Below are positions 13,442 through 25,891 of a stretch of 64,000 bases of DNA, piece by piece. The position numbers were made by a program, and so were the translations under genes. Positions within the stretch are counted from its first letter, which is position 1; every line of letters starts with the position of its first letter. Location: assembly GCA_040285825.1 (NCBI GenBank), contig JAUPSS010000002.1, positions 3,100,001 through 3,164,000 on the forward strand, in the 5' to 3' direction. Origin of the DNA: Eukaryota sp. TZLM1-RC. Lineage: Eukaryota > Protista > Metamonada: BaSk clade. The notes under the pieces were generated by a model. That model did no database searches and was not told the origin of the DNA. It saw only the letters and a program-made list of their open reading frames with translations.

Positions 13442-14435
13442 ATGAAAACCTTCCTTATCGCTCTCTGTGTAATCGCAGCTGTTAACGCTGAATACTTTTT
13501 ACAAAGCCCCAATGTCCATCGCGTCAACTCTGGTAGTGCTCTTTGGACCGCTGAAGTCAATCCCCGTTTCTTAGGATGGACCACCGAACAATTGGACAAT
13601 TATTTCAACGATCAAGTTGACGAAAACGCCGTCGAAGGACCTTCCAAGGAACAAATGATGGGCAGTAACTCTCTCCCTGAGAGTTGGGATATCCGTGAAG
13701 CTCATGGTTGTGGAAAGTATATCCTCGATCAAGGTTCCTGTGGTTCATGTTGGGCTTTTGGCGTCTCGGGTAAGTTTTATCAAGAGGAAGATTAACCTCA
13801 GGTGCCATGACCGACAGATTCTGTCAAGCAACCAAAAACCCCAACTTCCCTGTTCTCTCACCTCAAGAGTTGACCTCATGTGATACCTCCAATCATGGAT
13901 GTAATGGTGGTCTCCACACTGGTGCTTACAGATATATGGAATACAATGGTCTTGCTACTGATGCATGTTATCCTTATATTTCTGGAAAAACTAGAAAGGC
14001 TGAAGACTGTGCTATTCCCGACAAGTGCAAGAGTGAAAAGTATTTCGCCAAGAAGGGATCTCAACAAACCTTCCGCAAGGAAGAAGACATTATGGCCGCT
14101 TTGATGACTCACGGTACCTTAAAGGTTGGTTTCGTTGTCTACTCCGATTTCATGTCTTACAAGTCTGGAATCTACCATCATGTTTCCGGCGCTCAAAGAG
14201 GTTTGTTTGTCTGAAGTAATTAATCAAAGGTGGACATGCTGTCAGACTCATTGGATGGGGAGTTGAAAATGGTGTCAAGTACTGGACATGCGCAAACTCA
14301 TGGGGTTTGTTTATTTCATCATAACTAATCAAAGGTTCTTCATGGGGTGAAAACGGTACCTTCCGTATCCGTCGTGGTGTCAATGAGTGTAACATCGAGT
14401 CTCGTGGACCCGCCTCTGCTCTTCCTCAGCTCTAA
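13442..14435 (+). CDS. Cathepsin B-like papain-family (C1A) cysteine protease, 3 introns (13770-13801, 14201-14229, 14305-14334)
   Basis: Signal peptide, [36 protein letters not shown]. Removing three GT-AG introns of 29-32 nt gives one continuous frame to TAA. Confidence 0.95.
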
Positions 14436-15715
14436 GTTAGCATTGTGATTTATTACCTTGTATAAAGCATTTATAGGAATGAACAATCTTTTAAAAAAAA
14501 CAAGTATCACTTTTGTCAAATTGGATCAAACCGGATATCTGTCTTTGACTATTCCAACATCACGTTAAATCTCTTATATATCGCATATTTTCAAAATGTA
14601 TCAGTGTTAATAGATAGCAATAGAAAATTGAAAAATATTGAAGATCATATTCCATTAAAAGTGCAAGTCTTTGTGCTTTTGGAGAAATCTCAGCCTTATC
14701 CTGTTGACAAAAATAATACAATCGATGTATACTCGTCAAAATCGTAAAAACGTAAAGCAATTATTTTCAGGGCAGATAGATCCAATAAAGAATCATCAAA
14801 ATCTATACAAGAAGATGCTTGTGATTCAAGACTTGAAGGGTCATTGTTTTATAGTTTGTGTAAAGAAATTTATTGTTTAAATCTATTTTCAAAGGGAAAA
14901 TTAAGAAAAATCAGAATAAACTGACTCAGATGGAATTAGAAGCGATAGACAGTAAAAAGATATTAATGTCAAAATATGCTAGGTTTGTAAATTCTTATAC
15001 AAAAGGTCATTGTAAAGAAGAATGTAAATGGCAAATGTTTAAATTCCAGGAAGAAGAAGACGTAGTGTGTTGCTACAACTCTCGTACTGTTGATTTACAA
15101 CTAAAAAAGATTCTGATGATGAAGTTGATTGTAAACTTGATGGGTGGGTGTTGCGAAATTGGAAGTAAGCACTGGAGTTCCAAATCAAATATGCTGGAAC
15201 TAGGATTTCGATTTGAAGCGAGTTTAGTTATACTTATCTGTCTCAAGTCGACTTATTCTTACATCCATTGACACAAATCCTCTTTAGCATCTTCATAGCC
15301 ATTGTTCTTTTTCAATTATTGTTCTGTTCAAATGTCATGTTATATCAAATAAAAATATACTGTTTTTCAAATCAATCAAACAAATATTCTAAAATTTACT
15401 CATTTGACTGAAATATCATTGGCAACCATACTGTGCTGTTTTTGGACTGTATTTTGTAAAAAGTCTTTGGTCTCTTCTTGAGATGGAGGAAATAGATATT
15501 GATTAATTGAAGATACAGGTGAATGATTTACTTATGATGGACAACGTAGTCCTGGCATTTAATTGAACAACATGAAAGTAAGAAGTTTTATGTCGCAAGT
15601 TTTGAGTCGAATCGAGTCGATTAAATAATAGGTGGCTCGACCACAACTCAAATCGAAATCCTGATTGGAATTTTTCGGATGTCTAATTTAGAACTTTGGA
15701 TATTTGCCATTCTAT

Positions 15716-17683
15716 ATGGCAGATTCTACAGTTCCGTACACTGAATTCATCGCAACACCAACCAATGAACGCAAAATGAAGAGTGGTTTTGTCTACATTG
15801 TTTTCGGTGCTGTCTTTCTTCTCTTACTGGCTACTATTACTGTTTTTGTTGTTCTTTTTAAGGATGATGCTCCCACTCAAAAGAGTCGTTTCTCCTTGGT
15901 TCACACTGAAACCACAGGCGATCTTGTGGTTACGACCACCTACTTCATTGATCTAAACAAAGAACGGACAGTAATAGAAGTGATTGATAGGGCCAACTCT
16001 CAATCCAACAAACAGATGGTGCTCCACAATGACAAATTCTACATCACAGGAGATGTTTGCCAACATACATCTAATGAAACAAGATCTCAGTATGTCAGTG
16101 CCTCTCAACTGAAGATCGATTTTGCCAGACACGAAAGAGTCGAAGATCATAGCCATGGTGACTGTCTGCTTTATGAAACAAAGAAGGATGAGGAATATGT
16201 TTGTTTGAATGACTATGGTTTTGTTGAGCTTTTTTGTAAGAAAGACCACAACGAAGAAGAATGTTTAACGTTCACCAATCACTCTGATGTTGGTACTCAT
16301 TCTACTCTTGACGCTGATTTCGAGGTTGTTTGTACTGATGTTCAATACCCCCACTTTAGAGTAAATAATAACTTTGTTCTTGACGCCTATCAGCAGTATA
16401 TCTATATTAACATCCCCAACCGAATCATTTGGGGGGATGATGCGCTGTTGATAAATCATGATCTGTATGAAATTCAAGACGACCAATGTGGTTTAGCTCT
16501 ACGTAAAGACAAAAAACGAGAGATTCAAGGGTACTCCAACTTCTTCACTATTGGTCCAAATCATTTTAAACAAGCCGAGACAAGAATTGTTGATGATGTA
16601 GAATGTCAAGTGTTTACATTATCTTTTGATGATACGGATTGGGAGATTGCCTTTGGTGATGGTTTTGTACGTCAAGTTTGTTTTTGGATCCCATATGTGC
16701 CAAAGTGGAAATGTGAACCTTCCAACCCCATTTCCATTAGTGCACAAGATCCTCATTTAACCTTACCTGATTGGTGTTCTTTTTCAGAGAAAGTTCCCAT
16801 ACCCCATCCTTATTTCTTTGCCACTGTGAACACTGTAGGGTATTATTTCAATCTTGAAGACGGGATATACGTTAGAGATGGCTACCTTACTTACATTGTT
16901 AGCAGTATTAGCTTGATTGAGCCTGATTTCTACACTGCTAGCAATGACTCTTGCTGTCAACTCGGTTTCAACGACCATAATGCTTGGGATTTAACCATTC
17001 GACTCGACATGATTAAAAGCTCTTTGCACTTGATTCATTCCAAAGACTCTACTGATTTCTGTTTTGGTGATTTTTTCGATCTTGGAACCAGGATTTGCGT
17101 GAACGAAGAAGGATTTATTACAAGAAAACTTGCTCAGAAGTTTGGCAATCACACTTGGGTTGTACATACATTTGCAGATCATGAATTAGTTGAAAAAGAT
17201 AATCCTCTCTTTACAATTCCTTCATCATGTGATACTCCTCAAGACTGTCCGTTGAACCTCCGACACCGGGTTTCTTTTACAGAATCAGGGACAGGAACAA
17301 AATATTGGTTTGATTATGACAATAAGATCTATCGTGCTCAGGGAGATGGTCAGGACTATCTTGTTCATGTGGAAGACCAAAAGAAATTCACCATCAACAA
17401 CAATGGAACTTGCACCGAAGAAAATTTTGATGGTGGTCAAAAAGAGCTCAACTTCTTCTTTCAAGTCATTTGGGATGACATCTATCTTGAGAGAATGGTC
17501 AACGGGTGTCCAGAGTACAATGTAGGTGACCGTCATTATGTAGTGTGTGGAATGCCTAATTCACAGTATTCGGTAGTTTATAGTGTTTGTGACATTAACG
17601 GTACAATTCATCTTGAAAATCACAAAATTATCGATTCGGAGGATGAAAATCTCATTTTATCAGAACTTTGTTCAAATTTTTGA
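15716..17683 (+). CDS. Type II membrane protein with about four Cys-containing ~140-aa repeats, function unknown
   Basis: Long intact ORF from ATG 15716, YTEF motif, N-terminal TM (FVYIVFGAVFLLLLATITVFVVLF), repeated C..Y....E.C...G...F.NH..V pattern. Confidence 0.8.
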   Translation: MADSTVPYTEFIATPTNERKMKSGFVYIVFGAVFLLLLATITVFVVLFKDDAPTQKSRFSLVHTETTGDLVVTTTYFIDLNKERTVIEVIDRANSQSNKQMVLHNDKFYITGDVCQHTSNETRSQYVSASQLKIDFARHERVEDHSHGDCLLYETKKDEEYVCLNDYGFVELFCKKDHNEEECLTFTNHSDVGTHSTLDADFEVVCTDVQYPHFRVNNNFVLDAYQQYIYINIPNRIIWGDDALLINHDLYEIQDDQCGLALRKDKKREIQGYSNFFTIGPNHFKQAETRIVDDVECQVFTLSFDDTDWEIAFGDGFVRQVCFWIPYVPKWKCEPSNPISISAQDPHLTLPDWCSFSEKVPIPHPYFFATVNTVGYYFNLEDGIYVRDGYLTYIVSSISLIEPDFYTASNDSCCQLGFNDHNAWDLTIRLDMIKSSLHLIHSKDSTDFCFGDFFDLGTRICVNEEGFITRKLAQKFGNHTWVVHTFADHELVEKDNPLFTIPSSCDTPQDCPLNLRHRVSFTESGTGTKYWFDYDNKIYRAQGDGQDYLVHVEDQKKFTINNNGTCTEENFDGGQKELNFFFQVIWDDIYLERMVNGCPEYNVGDRHYVVCGMPNSQYSVVYSVCDINGTIHLENHKIIDSEDENLILSELCSNF

Positions 17684-17989
17684 GACTTTTCTTTTATATA
17701 ATATATGATCTTTACGCTTTCAACCATTAACCACTTCAGCCAACTAGAAAATGATTTCAAGCAATTGCGCATTTCTGCTCAAATTGTAAACGCAAAGATG
17801 AATCATTGTTATGTCATTCACGCTATCTTAATTTCTTTTTTTCATGACTACCCTACTTGTGCTCAAATTGAAGTAGATTTATGAATTTGCTTGTTTGTTG
17901 TCATAAACCTAAAGCTTAATTAGGCCTACAATAATTGTTGCCATAAAGTTTGAGATCATAGAGATAAAAACGAGTTATTTGATACTTTC

Positions 17990-19545
17990 CTATTTGTAGT
18001 ATGTAAGCCCAGAGGAGCCAAAAGTGTTTTCTTGCATTTGATCCATTGCACTGGAAAAACAAAACCTATAACGCCGAAAGTAGTACAGGATTCTGAATTT
18101 GTCAAAGCAGTGGAAGCAGATGATTCTGAAAAACACATTTAAAGAACAACCTCTCGATCTATCAATTTGGATAACATTAATTTTTGTACTGAATAATAAA
18201 AACCAAACATTATTGCAAAAACAACAGAAGAAATCACTTCATTTACACTTGTAGAAGCTCATAATATTTTGAATATGAATAATACTGCAAATGAAAAACG
18301 TACTACAAACAAACACAGGAATACGGTTATTGTGTCTAATGTATTCAAAATTGTCTAGACCTGATAGTAGAATTAGAAATAGAATTAAGTCTGGATCAAA
18401 ATTAAATTTTGATTAAAATTAAATAATTTGTGAAATTAATTTCTGATTTACTATCTTCTTTTGGTCGATTTCAACAATCTTTGGTAATTAACTGTTTCGA
18501 TGTTAGAAAGAGAGAGGTTTTGAGATTGTGGAGCAGAAGTATTTGATATTGTTATTTGATATTGTTATTTCAAATGGTTGTTTAAAAAATTTAAATTGAA
18601 AATACTCTACTGCAGATAGATGCTTGAAATGTAGAATAGAAGACAATTACCACCCTCCCATAAAAATTCCCCAAGAAATACATCCGTGGAAATGCAATAA
18701 ATTTGCCTTCGTTTTTACAAGATTTTTGGATCAATTGTGTATGGGGAAGTATTCTATTAATATTTTCTGGGAATTCTTTGGTTCTTTTTGGGCTACTTTT
18801 GAACACAATTTCGTTGAAAATTTTGAATATTTAACTAACAATGCACCAAGAAAAGTGCCATCTGACAAATTGAGCAAAATTTTTGAAGATAAATGCTTGA
18901 ATAGCAAGTGGCCTAGTGCTTTGTCCACTTTAAATCCAGGAGTTAAAGCTCCCAATAACCAAGAAACTGTAGATAAACTCAAGATCCTTCATCCATTTGA
19001 AGACCCAATAATGGATCAAAATTATTATGGAGATTAGTGGGATAACCATCCATTGATGACATTAGAAGTATTTTCAGTAATCAAAAGGAAAAAAAATAAA
19101 TTATGCGAAAAGACTGCAGGTTTTTCTGGTCTTTCTATAGATGATATCAAAGCTGCGGTTTTTTCGTTAGAAGATTGTCTAATTTTATTAACCAAATTTT
19201 TGATTACAGTTTTATGTGATGAGCTCAAATATCCTAAAGAATTGAGATGTCGACGTTTGACTGCACTTGTCAAAAACTCAAGAATGGATGTTCGTTCGCA
19301 GTTTCTGAAACTCTGCACAATATTTTTTCAGCTTGCTGTTCAAACAGATTCTATGAAAAAGCAAAAAAATTTGTTACCATTTCAATACGGTATTAATACC
19401 ACTGATGGAGTTGCTTCAGTTTTTTTTGCTACAGATGTTTTATTTTTTACCAAGATGAATCCAATGTTTGCATGTTGGTGGATATTAGTTATGCCTACAC
19501 TTCAATTCATCGGTGCAGTATTCATGGCGCTTTATTGAATTACTT
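17990..19545 (+). mobile_element. Decayed non-LTR retrotransposon 5' region / RT N-terminus
   Basis: KLKILHPFED, TAGFSGLS, RRLTALVK, DVR, FQYGINTTDGVAS: RT N-terminal motifs shared with 46420-47650 and 57060-57351. Confidence 0.65.
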
Positions 19546-19550
19546 GCCTA

Positions 19551-19702
19551 ATTATTAATAGATTACCTCGGTTTTTGAATCGAATTAGAGAAGCCTTAGC
19601 TAGACATCAAACAGGTCAAGATTTTGTAGAGGAAATCTTGGTTCAATGATATTCGTCCCATAAGTTACGAGTCTATTTTGTTAAGTGTGCAAGTTCAATA
19701 AA
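19551..19702 (+). repeat. 3' end of a non-LTR element family (ORF end plus 3' UTR and AATAAA)
   Basis: Homologous to 25441-25628 and partly to 56781-56850. Encodes LPRFLNRIREALARHQTGQDFVEEILVQ*. Confidence 0.65.
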
Positions 19703-19950
19703 TACACTTGTTATATTAACTCCATTTTTAAAAAACATTATGGAGTATTATAACAAGCGAGTTGTTATACAAATGAATGACAAAATCTCCCGTCATTCAG
19801 TTGATGGGGTTTTTAATAGTAGAAAGAGTAGTAAGTAAGTTGAGGTTTTTGGTTGAGTTTTCAATTGTGACTGTCCAAGAATTGAATATACTTCACATTC
19901 AAAGACTTACCTCCACTCTTTCCAACACTTTCTATCTTTACCTATTCACA

Positions 19951-20590
19951 ATGCAATCCTGGACTGAAGAATCCTCACGACTTTTCCGTGTTCGCAAAAC
20001 TGTTTTACAAATGCTCAACGACAGAGGCTACCGTGTCCTTCCTGAGGATCTCGAAGAATCCATTGAAGATTTTCGTTCCAAATTTGGTGATACTCCTAGG
20101 TATGACATTCTTTCTCCTTCATCCTAGCCGTGAAGGTCTAACCCTTCTCCATTCTCACAGCGTCACAAACTCTCAAATCTTTGTCTTCTTCCCCACAGAC
20201 GATAAGCTCGGCCAAAAAGCTGTCCGGGAATACGTCAACAAAATGAAAGGTGAAAGTGTTGAACATGGCATTTTCGTCGTTAAAGAGGGTCTCACTCCTT
20301 CTGCCAAAAGCAGTCTCTCTACCCAGGGAGTACGGTTGGAAGCTTTCACAGAGGGCCAGCTGTTGGTTAACATTACAGAGCATGAGTTAGTTCCGCAACA
20401 TATTCCATTATCTAAGGAAGAAAAAGGTACTCTTCTTCAACGATATAAGCTGAAGGAAAATCAACTTCCGAGAATTTTGATTGATGACCCTGTTGCCAGG
20501 CACTTTGGATTGATTAGGGGTGATGTGGTTAAAATCATTAGGAATTCTGAAACCGCAGGGAGATATGTAACATATAGACTGTGTGTGTAG
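19951..20590 (+). CDS. RPB5: RNA polymerase I/II/III common subunit RPB5, intron 20100-20127
   Basis: RLFRVRKTVLQMLNDRGY, LLVNITEHELVPQH, LPRILIDDPVARHFGL, RNSETAGRYVTYR. A 28-nt GT-AG intron joins the two ORFs. Confidence 0.97.
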
Positions 20591-20907
20591 AAAGTTTTGT
20601 TTTTACTTAGTTTTTAATTCCTTGGTCTCTTTTTTTTGGCTTTTCTTTGATAATTCAATTTTTGTTATTTTGAATGGTTATTAATACAATATGTTTATTT
20701 GACAATAGTATAATTTGTGAATTATTCAAGTCAATTGATTCGATTAATGATCAAAATCAACTAACTGAAAACCATTCAAAAACCCACGCATAATGATAAC
20801 AACCAATAGAAAACAATTTCAGTCATAAATTTAAAATTTGAACAAATATCAATAGTGTAAAGGATCAATTAATTTAATGATGTTCAAAACTGAATTAGAT
20901 CACCAAC

Positions 20908-21720
20908 TTAATCGATTCCTTTTATATCAACCCGCCATCCACTAGGCAAAAATTTCGGTTTAAGTTTGATAAGAAAAAATACCCTCCATAAACGTTCAAA
21001 CTTAAAGTAATCACTAACTCTTTCAACTACCATCAAAGCTGAAGGTTTAGCATTGGTGTAGCTATAAACAGGCAGTTTGAGAGCTTTGTCAATCAAATCA
21101 TCAATCAAATCTGATTGATTTGCTTTACTCTCTTTATTAATGATTTCAATGTTGGTTAATAAAACTGATTGAAGTTCTTTTACTCTCTTCTGAGGAAGGT
21201 TTTTGGTCCCCAGATTCTTCTTCAATGCTCTTGCTGCACTAACAAGCCTTCGATTCTGGGGTAAAGGTCTAGTAAGGGCTACATGTCGAGGCACACTGTA
21301 ATACTCAAAGACAGCACGTCTCAAAGCAGTATACTCTCCTTCTAGATAATGATGACACTTACAGCAGAGTAGCAACACGTCATGACTACGCCTACTCTTG
21401 AACGAGACAGGAAAGTGTTGTCTAAATTCAGAGGGGACGACATGATGACGAGTCAGTGAGTCCGTCGAACCACAGCCAACACATTGGTTTTGAAGTGGCG
21501 AGGTGTAGAAATCTTCTGAGTGACCATTACCCTTGGGAGTGAACAATAAGCGAAAACATTGAGAATCGTCATCCTTGAACGGATTAGGAACCACTTCTGC
21601 TAAATTTCGTGAGACGTACCAAGTTAATCTTGAATAAGCACATCTGCATATGATTTCATTTGTAGGGGACATCATGATACAGTTTTCATATAGCTTACGT
21701 TGTAAGGGAGGTAGTTTCAT
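20908..21720 (-). CDS. Stand-alone HNH-like protein similar to the EXD2 C-terminal domain
   Basis: LYENC...WYVSRNLA...RLLFTPKG...NQCVGCG...RHHVVP.EFR.HFP..FKS..SHDVLLLC.KCH. No exonuclease domain. First ATG at 21720. Confidence 0.8.
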   Translation of the reverse strand: MKLPPLQRKLYENCIMMSPTNEIICRCAYSRLTWYVSRNLAEVVPNPFKDDDSQCFRLLFTPKGNGHSEDFYTSPLQNQCVGCGSTDSLTRHHVVPSEFRQHFPVSFKSRRSHDVLLLCCKCHHYLEGEYTALRRAVFEYYSVPRHVALTRPLPQNRRLVSAARALKKNLGTKNLPQKRVKELQSVLLTNIEIINKESKANQSDLIDDLIDKALKLPVYSYTNAKPSALMVVERVSDYFKFERLWRVFFLIKLKPKFLPSGWRVDIKGID

Positions 21721-22211
21721 TTCAGGACTATGAATAACAACATGGATTACTTTGGTTGGAGATATATACAAAATAAGATTAATTAATAGAAACTCGTTGG
21801 AATATAATTTAATTTACTGAACATGCACACTTAACAAAATAAACTCAGAACTAACGGGGCGAAATTCATTGAACCAAGACTTCCTGTCAAATTGTTGATC
21901 TCGATGGAATAAATCAAATCGCAAAATACTTTTTATTAATAAAATGACATTTTTTTCCTATCAAATATCTACGTTCAATACTAAGCTTGCAACAATGTCA
22001 AGACCGCCTTGGTAAACTAAGCCGTTCATTGATTATTCAATTAATTATATTGATTATTAGTGTTATTAATCTGATTAGTTATTGATGAACAAGTAACTTT
22101 TAACCCTCAAACCACCAATATTACCCTTTTAAACTGATTAATTTTTAGTGAATCACAGAAATATTTACGTTAACAATAGAATCTGAAACAAACTATGTTT
22201 TATAATATAAA

Positions 22212-22913
22212 TTATTCAATTTCTCCCCCAATTCTCCTACCAAACTCTTTCAAATACCTACATGGATCCTGTTCAGACATGTAATTTCCTATCTTTTTCA
22301 ACCAAACAGGGAACAAGTTATGGCTAAAGTCAAGACAGATCTGGGAACCCAACTTGCTCTCGCTCTCGAGCCGCTGACAAAATGAATCCGAGAGCCGAAT
22401 AACATCATATTGAAACTTTTTGGAATGAATTAAATTCAAAAGTGCGTACTTCAAATCCTTACATACCTCTGCTTGAGCAGATGGTTGGCCTGGATACTTG
22501 TGAACATTACCGACACCCATTAGCTTAATCTGGTCTATCTCAACAGCATGACATAAACCAATATCACTGCAGAAATCTTCAGGTTCCGTGTTTGCCATGA
22601 AATAAACTACAGATGGAAGAATATAGTTTTTGGTAAGTGTAATGCAAGATTCTTCGTATTTTCCTAATCTTTTACACTGTTCGCCTATGTAATCGCCCAA
22701 GTTGTGTAGAAGAAAAGGATCAAGGGTCATTGTACGAAGAAGTTGCCAGGAATTTCTGCAAACGAAACATTGAGTATTTTCTTCGATATCTTTAATGTAT
22801 TTACCCTCTGGAAAAGGGTCTTCTTCTAGGGGAGTGTTATAATCCTGTTTTGTTGGTAAAACAATACTTGCAAAAAGCAGTTGTAGAAGAATGAATGAAG
22901 ATATGATGTGCAT
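22212..22913 (-). CDS. Secreted saposin-like protein (two SapB-type domains)
   Basis: Signal peptide, CFVC...C...C...PEDFCSDIGLC saposin cysteine spacing, and a second degenerate domain. Confidence 0.8.
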   Translation of the reverse strand: MHIISSFILLQLLFASIVLPTKQDYNTPLEEDPFPEGKYIKDIEENTQCFVCRNSWQLLRTMTLDPFLLHNLGDYIGEQCKRLGKYEESCITLTKNYILPSVVYFMANTEPEDFCSDIGLCHAVEIDQIKLMGVGNVHKYPGQPSAQAEVCKDLKYALLNLIHSKKFQYDVIRLSDSFCQRLESESKLGSQICLDFSHNLFPVWLKKIGNYMSEQDPCRYLKEFGRRIGGEIE

Positions 22914-23103
22914 TTGAAGAGAAGACCAAAGTCTTAGTACAAATACTTCAAAGTTAGTAATTGATACCCTACACTACAGATGACGAACAATTGATTCCAT
23001 AAAGCTGATATCAAGAAAGAGATAACAAGTGGTTTGATTGTGATAAAAGAAAGTGACTTGTCAAAACTCATCCTATATTAATCTTTCGGCATCATCTTCA
23101 ACG

Positions 23104-23571
23104 ATGAGAAATCTTGCAATAGCAGAGTCTGGAGCTGAGATCGTAGAGTATTCTTCACAGTACCATCATGAAAGTAGGTGTTCTAATCTACTTCTAAGAG
23201 ATGCATCCCTAGTCTGGTTTACCCATGTTTCATGTCAACCTCCACATCATGTGATAATGAAGTTTCCTGCTCTTTCACGTGTTCATCGAGTTGGAGTGTA
23301 TCTTCATGGTGAGAATAACCAAAATCCCAGACAATTAAACTTCTACCTATCATTAAATGGATCTCTGTGGGAATGTGTTGCTGAAGGGGAACTTGAGCAT
23401 CGGGCAGGGGATCATCTGTTTGACTTGGAGAAACCATATGAAGCCCAATACGTCAAACTGGAGATTGTATGTTTACTTCTTTTCTTATCATAGACCGAGA
23501 ACTTTGGGGGTTCTGGTATATATGTGTCCAAGTTATATGTGTTTGGAGAACCTTTAGAGTCCACTGTTTAA
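23104..23571 (+). CDS. Galactose-binding-like (F5/8C/DOC-type) domain protein, intron 23467-23493
   Basis: NLAIAESGAEIVEYSS...WFT...AQYVKLEI|TENFGG..IYVSKLYVFG after removing a 27-nt GT-AG intron. Confidence 0.75.
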
Positions 23572-24301
23572 ATTGCTTGTATAACGTTGTTTCAGTTTAT
23601 CTCACATGGTTTTTTTTGAATAAATACAGGCAAATTCCTTTGTATCAATGTGCAAGGGTATTCTATACAATTCGTATGGGTGCAAATATATTTTTGTGTA
23701 ATAACATTGGAAATGCAAAAAGGTTTTCATTATGTTGAGACTATAATTCAGATTATACCACTACATGTTATGTGACTTCCACTGGTCTGAATTCGTAACA
23801 ACCCAAGACAAAAAAATTAAACGAAAAACAAAAGAAATGAAATTTACAATAGAAACAAAACTGTAATAAAATAAACTAATCAAAACTTTCCAACAACAAA
23901 AAATACTCTTCCATAACTATATACTCAATCATCAATTCAGGAAAATCTTCGTGTCTGTCCTCAGCCATCTTTGAAAGCAAGTCACATGGCGGTGTTTCTT
24001 CTCCTAGGTATACTGCGCGTGAATTCTGTATGACTTCTTGTTCTTGGACTTAGCATTGGACATACAGAAGGTTAAGCACCAGATTTCAATTTGATTTATA
24101 ACAGCTTCAACAATGATAGATGTGATGTGTGCCATTGATTGTTGCTTTGTTGTTTTACTCATTAGTATAAGAAATTTTGCCACAGACGTGTTCTTTGAAA
24201 CTTAGATCAGACAAAAGGATTTCTTGTTGTTGAGTGTACTGAAATATTGGTAAAAGGAGTTACAATAATTAAAACCAACAGATACAATTTTTTAATATAT
24301 A

Positions 24302-24703
24302 CAACTAAATCCACCTTTAATTAGGGGAGACGTATATGTCCTTTCCACATCAAATAATGGAACCAAAATAATTCAAAAAGGGTTTAGGCAAAATTGACCA
24401 AAAAATAATGTTGACAAACCAAATTTAAACAACATTGATAATTTGATGTTGTTTTGTACAATACATTCAAGCCACACTACTAGAACAAATAGTAAAAGTC
24501 AGTGATAAATTGAATAAACCTTTGTGTTTGGCTAATCAACATAAGTCCCGACTTTGCCTATTGTTGAAGGTAGACGATGCTTCAGAAATGTAATTAGTAC
24601 AAAAGAAATATACCAAGATATGCCACCCTTTTGAATTTTGTGGTTCAAAAATTCATGTTTGAAAGGACACAGAGCGTACCCTAATTAAAGGTGGATTTAG
24701 TTG
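24302..24703. mobile_element. MITE (Tc1/mariner/pogo-type), 402 bp
   Basis: Perfect 25-bp TIRs CAACTAAATCCACCTTTAATTAGGG (imperfect to about 50 bp), TA on both sides, no ORF. Confidence 0.88.
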
Positions 24704-25440
24704 TAAATAACTACAAAGATGTTTGATTTTGGATAAATTGCTCTTCAGTAGATATAAGCGAATGCCTGATGATCGAAAGACCATTTCCGCATCCTCGTGG
24801 AGGTCTGTTCAAATTGTTTCAATAATGGTGTAACTCGATCTAAATACCATTGGAAGAATTCATGAAACACAGCTGACTACACAGAAGTTAGGTAAAACCA
24901 GCTCATTCACCAGGAAAAGCGAGCGACACAGAGAGCACAGACTTCCAACACACCGATAACACAGAAGCAGGAACGCTAAAGACGGGGGCCAACATCAGCA
25001 CAAGACGGTTTCATATCAACCTATTGCAAAGCTTCTAGCAATCATTAGTACGACATTCACGCATACGATCGTTGTTGCAAGTTGAGACGTTCAAACGATA
25101 TGCTCCACCTGTCCTACGACTTAAACAATTCGTAGTGTTGGGTAGTGAATAAACAATAAAATAATTCTAATCTGTAATTTCTGTTCAATAACAGTTGTGC
25201 TAAAGTTTTATCTCATCTGATAGAATGTGAATTGTCCCATATTCCTAATCATGCTCATGTTAGTACACATTATGTTGGTTTGGGCTGGACTAAAGCCTCT
25301 ATTCTTACTTCTTGTGCTTTTGTTTGTGGACCTAGAAATGCCATAACTTGAGTTTTCAGAAAGGTTTGCACATTGGAAAATTTTTTAATGTCAAGGAAAA
25401 TTAAATTTTGAGTTTTATTGTGTGTTCAATGAAAAGATTT

Positions 25441-25628
25441 GATATTTTTTTATGGCGTTCACGGATTCAATTTGCCATTATTAATGGATTACCACGGTTT
25501 TTCAATCGAATAAGAGCATCTTTAGCTAGACAGCAAGTAGATCAAGATTTTGTAGAGGAAATCTTGGTTCAATGATAGTCGTCCCATTAGTATTGAGTTA
25601 ATTTAATTAAGTGTGCAAATTCAATAAA
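25441..25628 (+). repeat. 3' end of a non-LTR element family
   Basis: LWRSRIQFAIINGLPRFFNRIRASLARQQVDQDFVEEILVQ* plus UTR, matching 19551-19702. Confidence 0.65.
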
Positions 25629-25702
25629 TTAAAATTAATGTGTTCATGTTGCAAGGAAAAATACAAAAATGCTACAGATTCACTGTAATAAAACGCTATA
25701 AC

Positions 25703-25891
25703 TTAAGATAAATATGGAGGCCTATCACCAACACTATCCTCTACAAAATAATCTACAATTGCCTTGATGTTGATACATGCTAACTTGTTACGATTCCATA
25801 CCTTATCCTTTCCAACACATTCTTCTTTACAAACTTCAGATCGACAACTTAACAAGGCATGACATTTCACAGTAGGGCACTTCTCTCTCAT
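25703..25891 (-). pseudogene. Fanzor/TnpB C-terminal fragment (Zn-finger half and RuvC-III)
   Basis: HALLSC...C...VWNRNKLACINI...RPPYL, matching WNRDxNAxxNI...RP with the catalytic D changed to N. Confidence 0.7.

Noticed and set aside
24720-25150. More GC-rich non-ORF stretch with RNase P-like words (GGAAGTCTG, ACAGAC) on the minus strand
   Set aside because: Spacing and other conserved regions do not fit, and part of it translates like decayed coding sequence. An Infernal/Rfam search would settle it.
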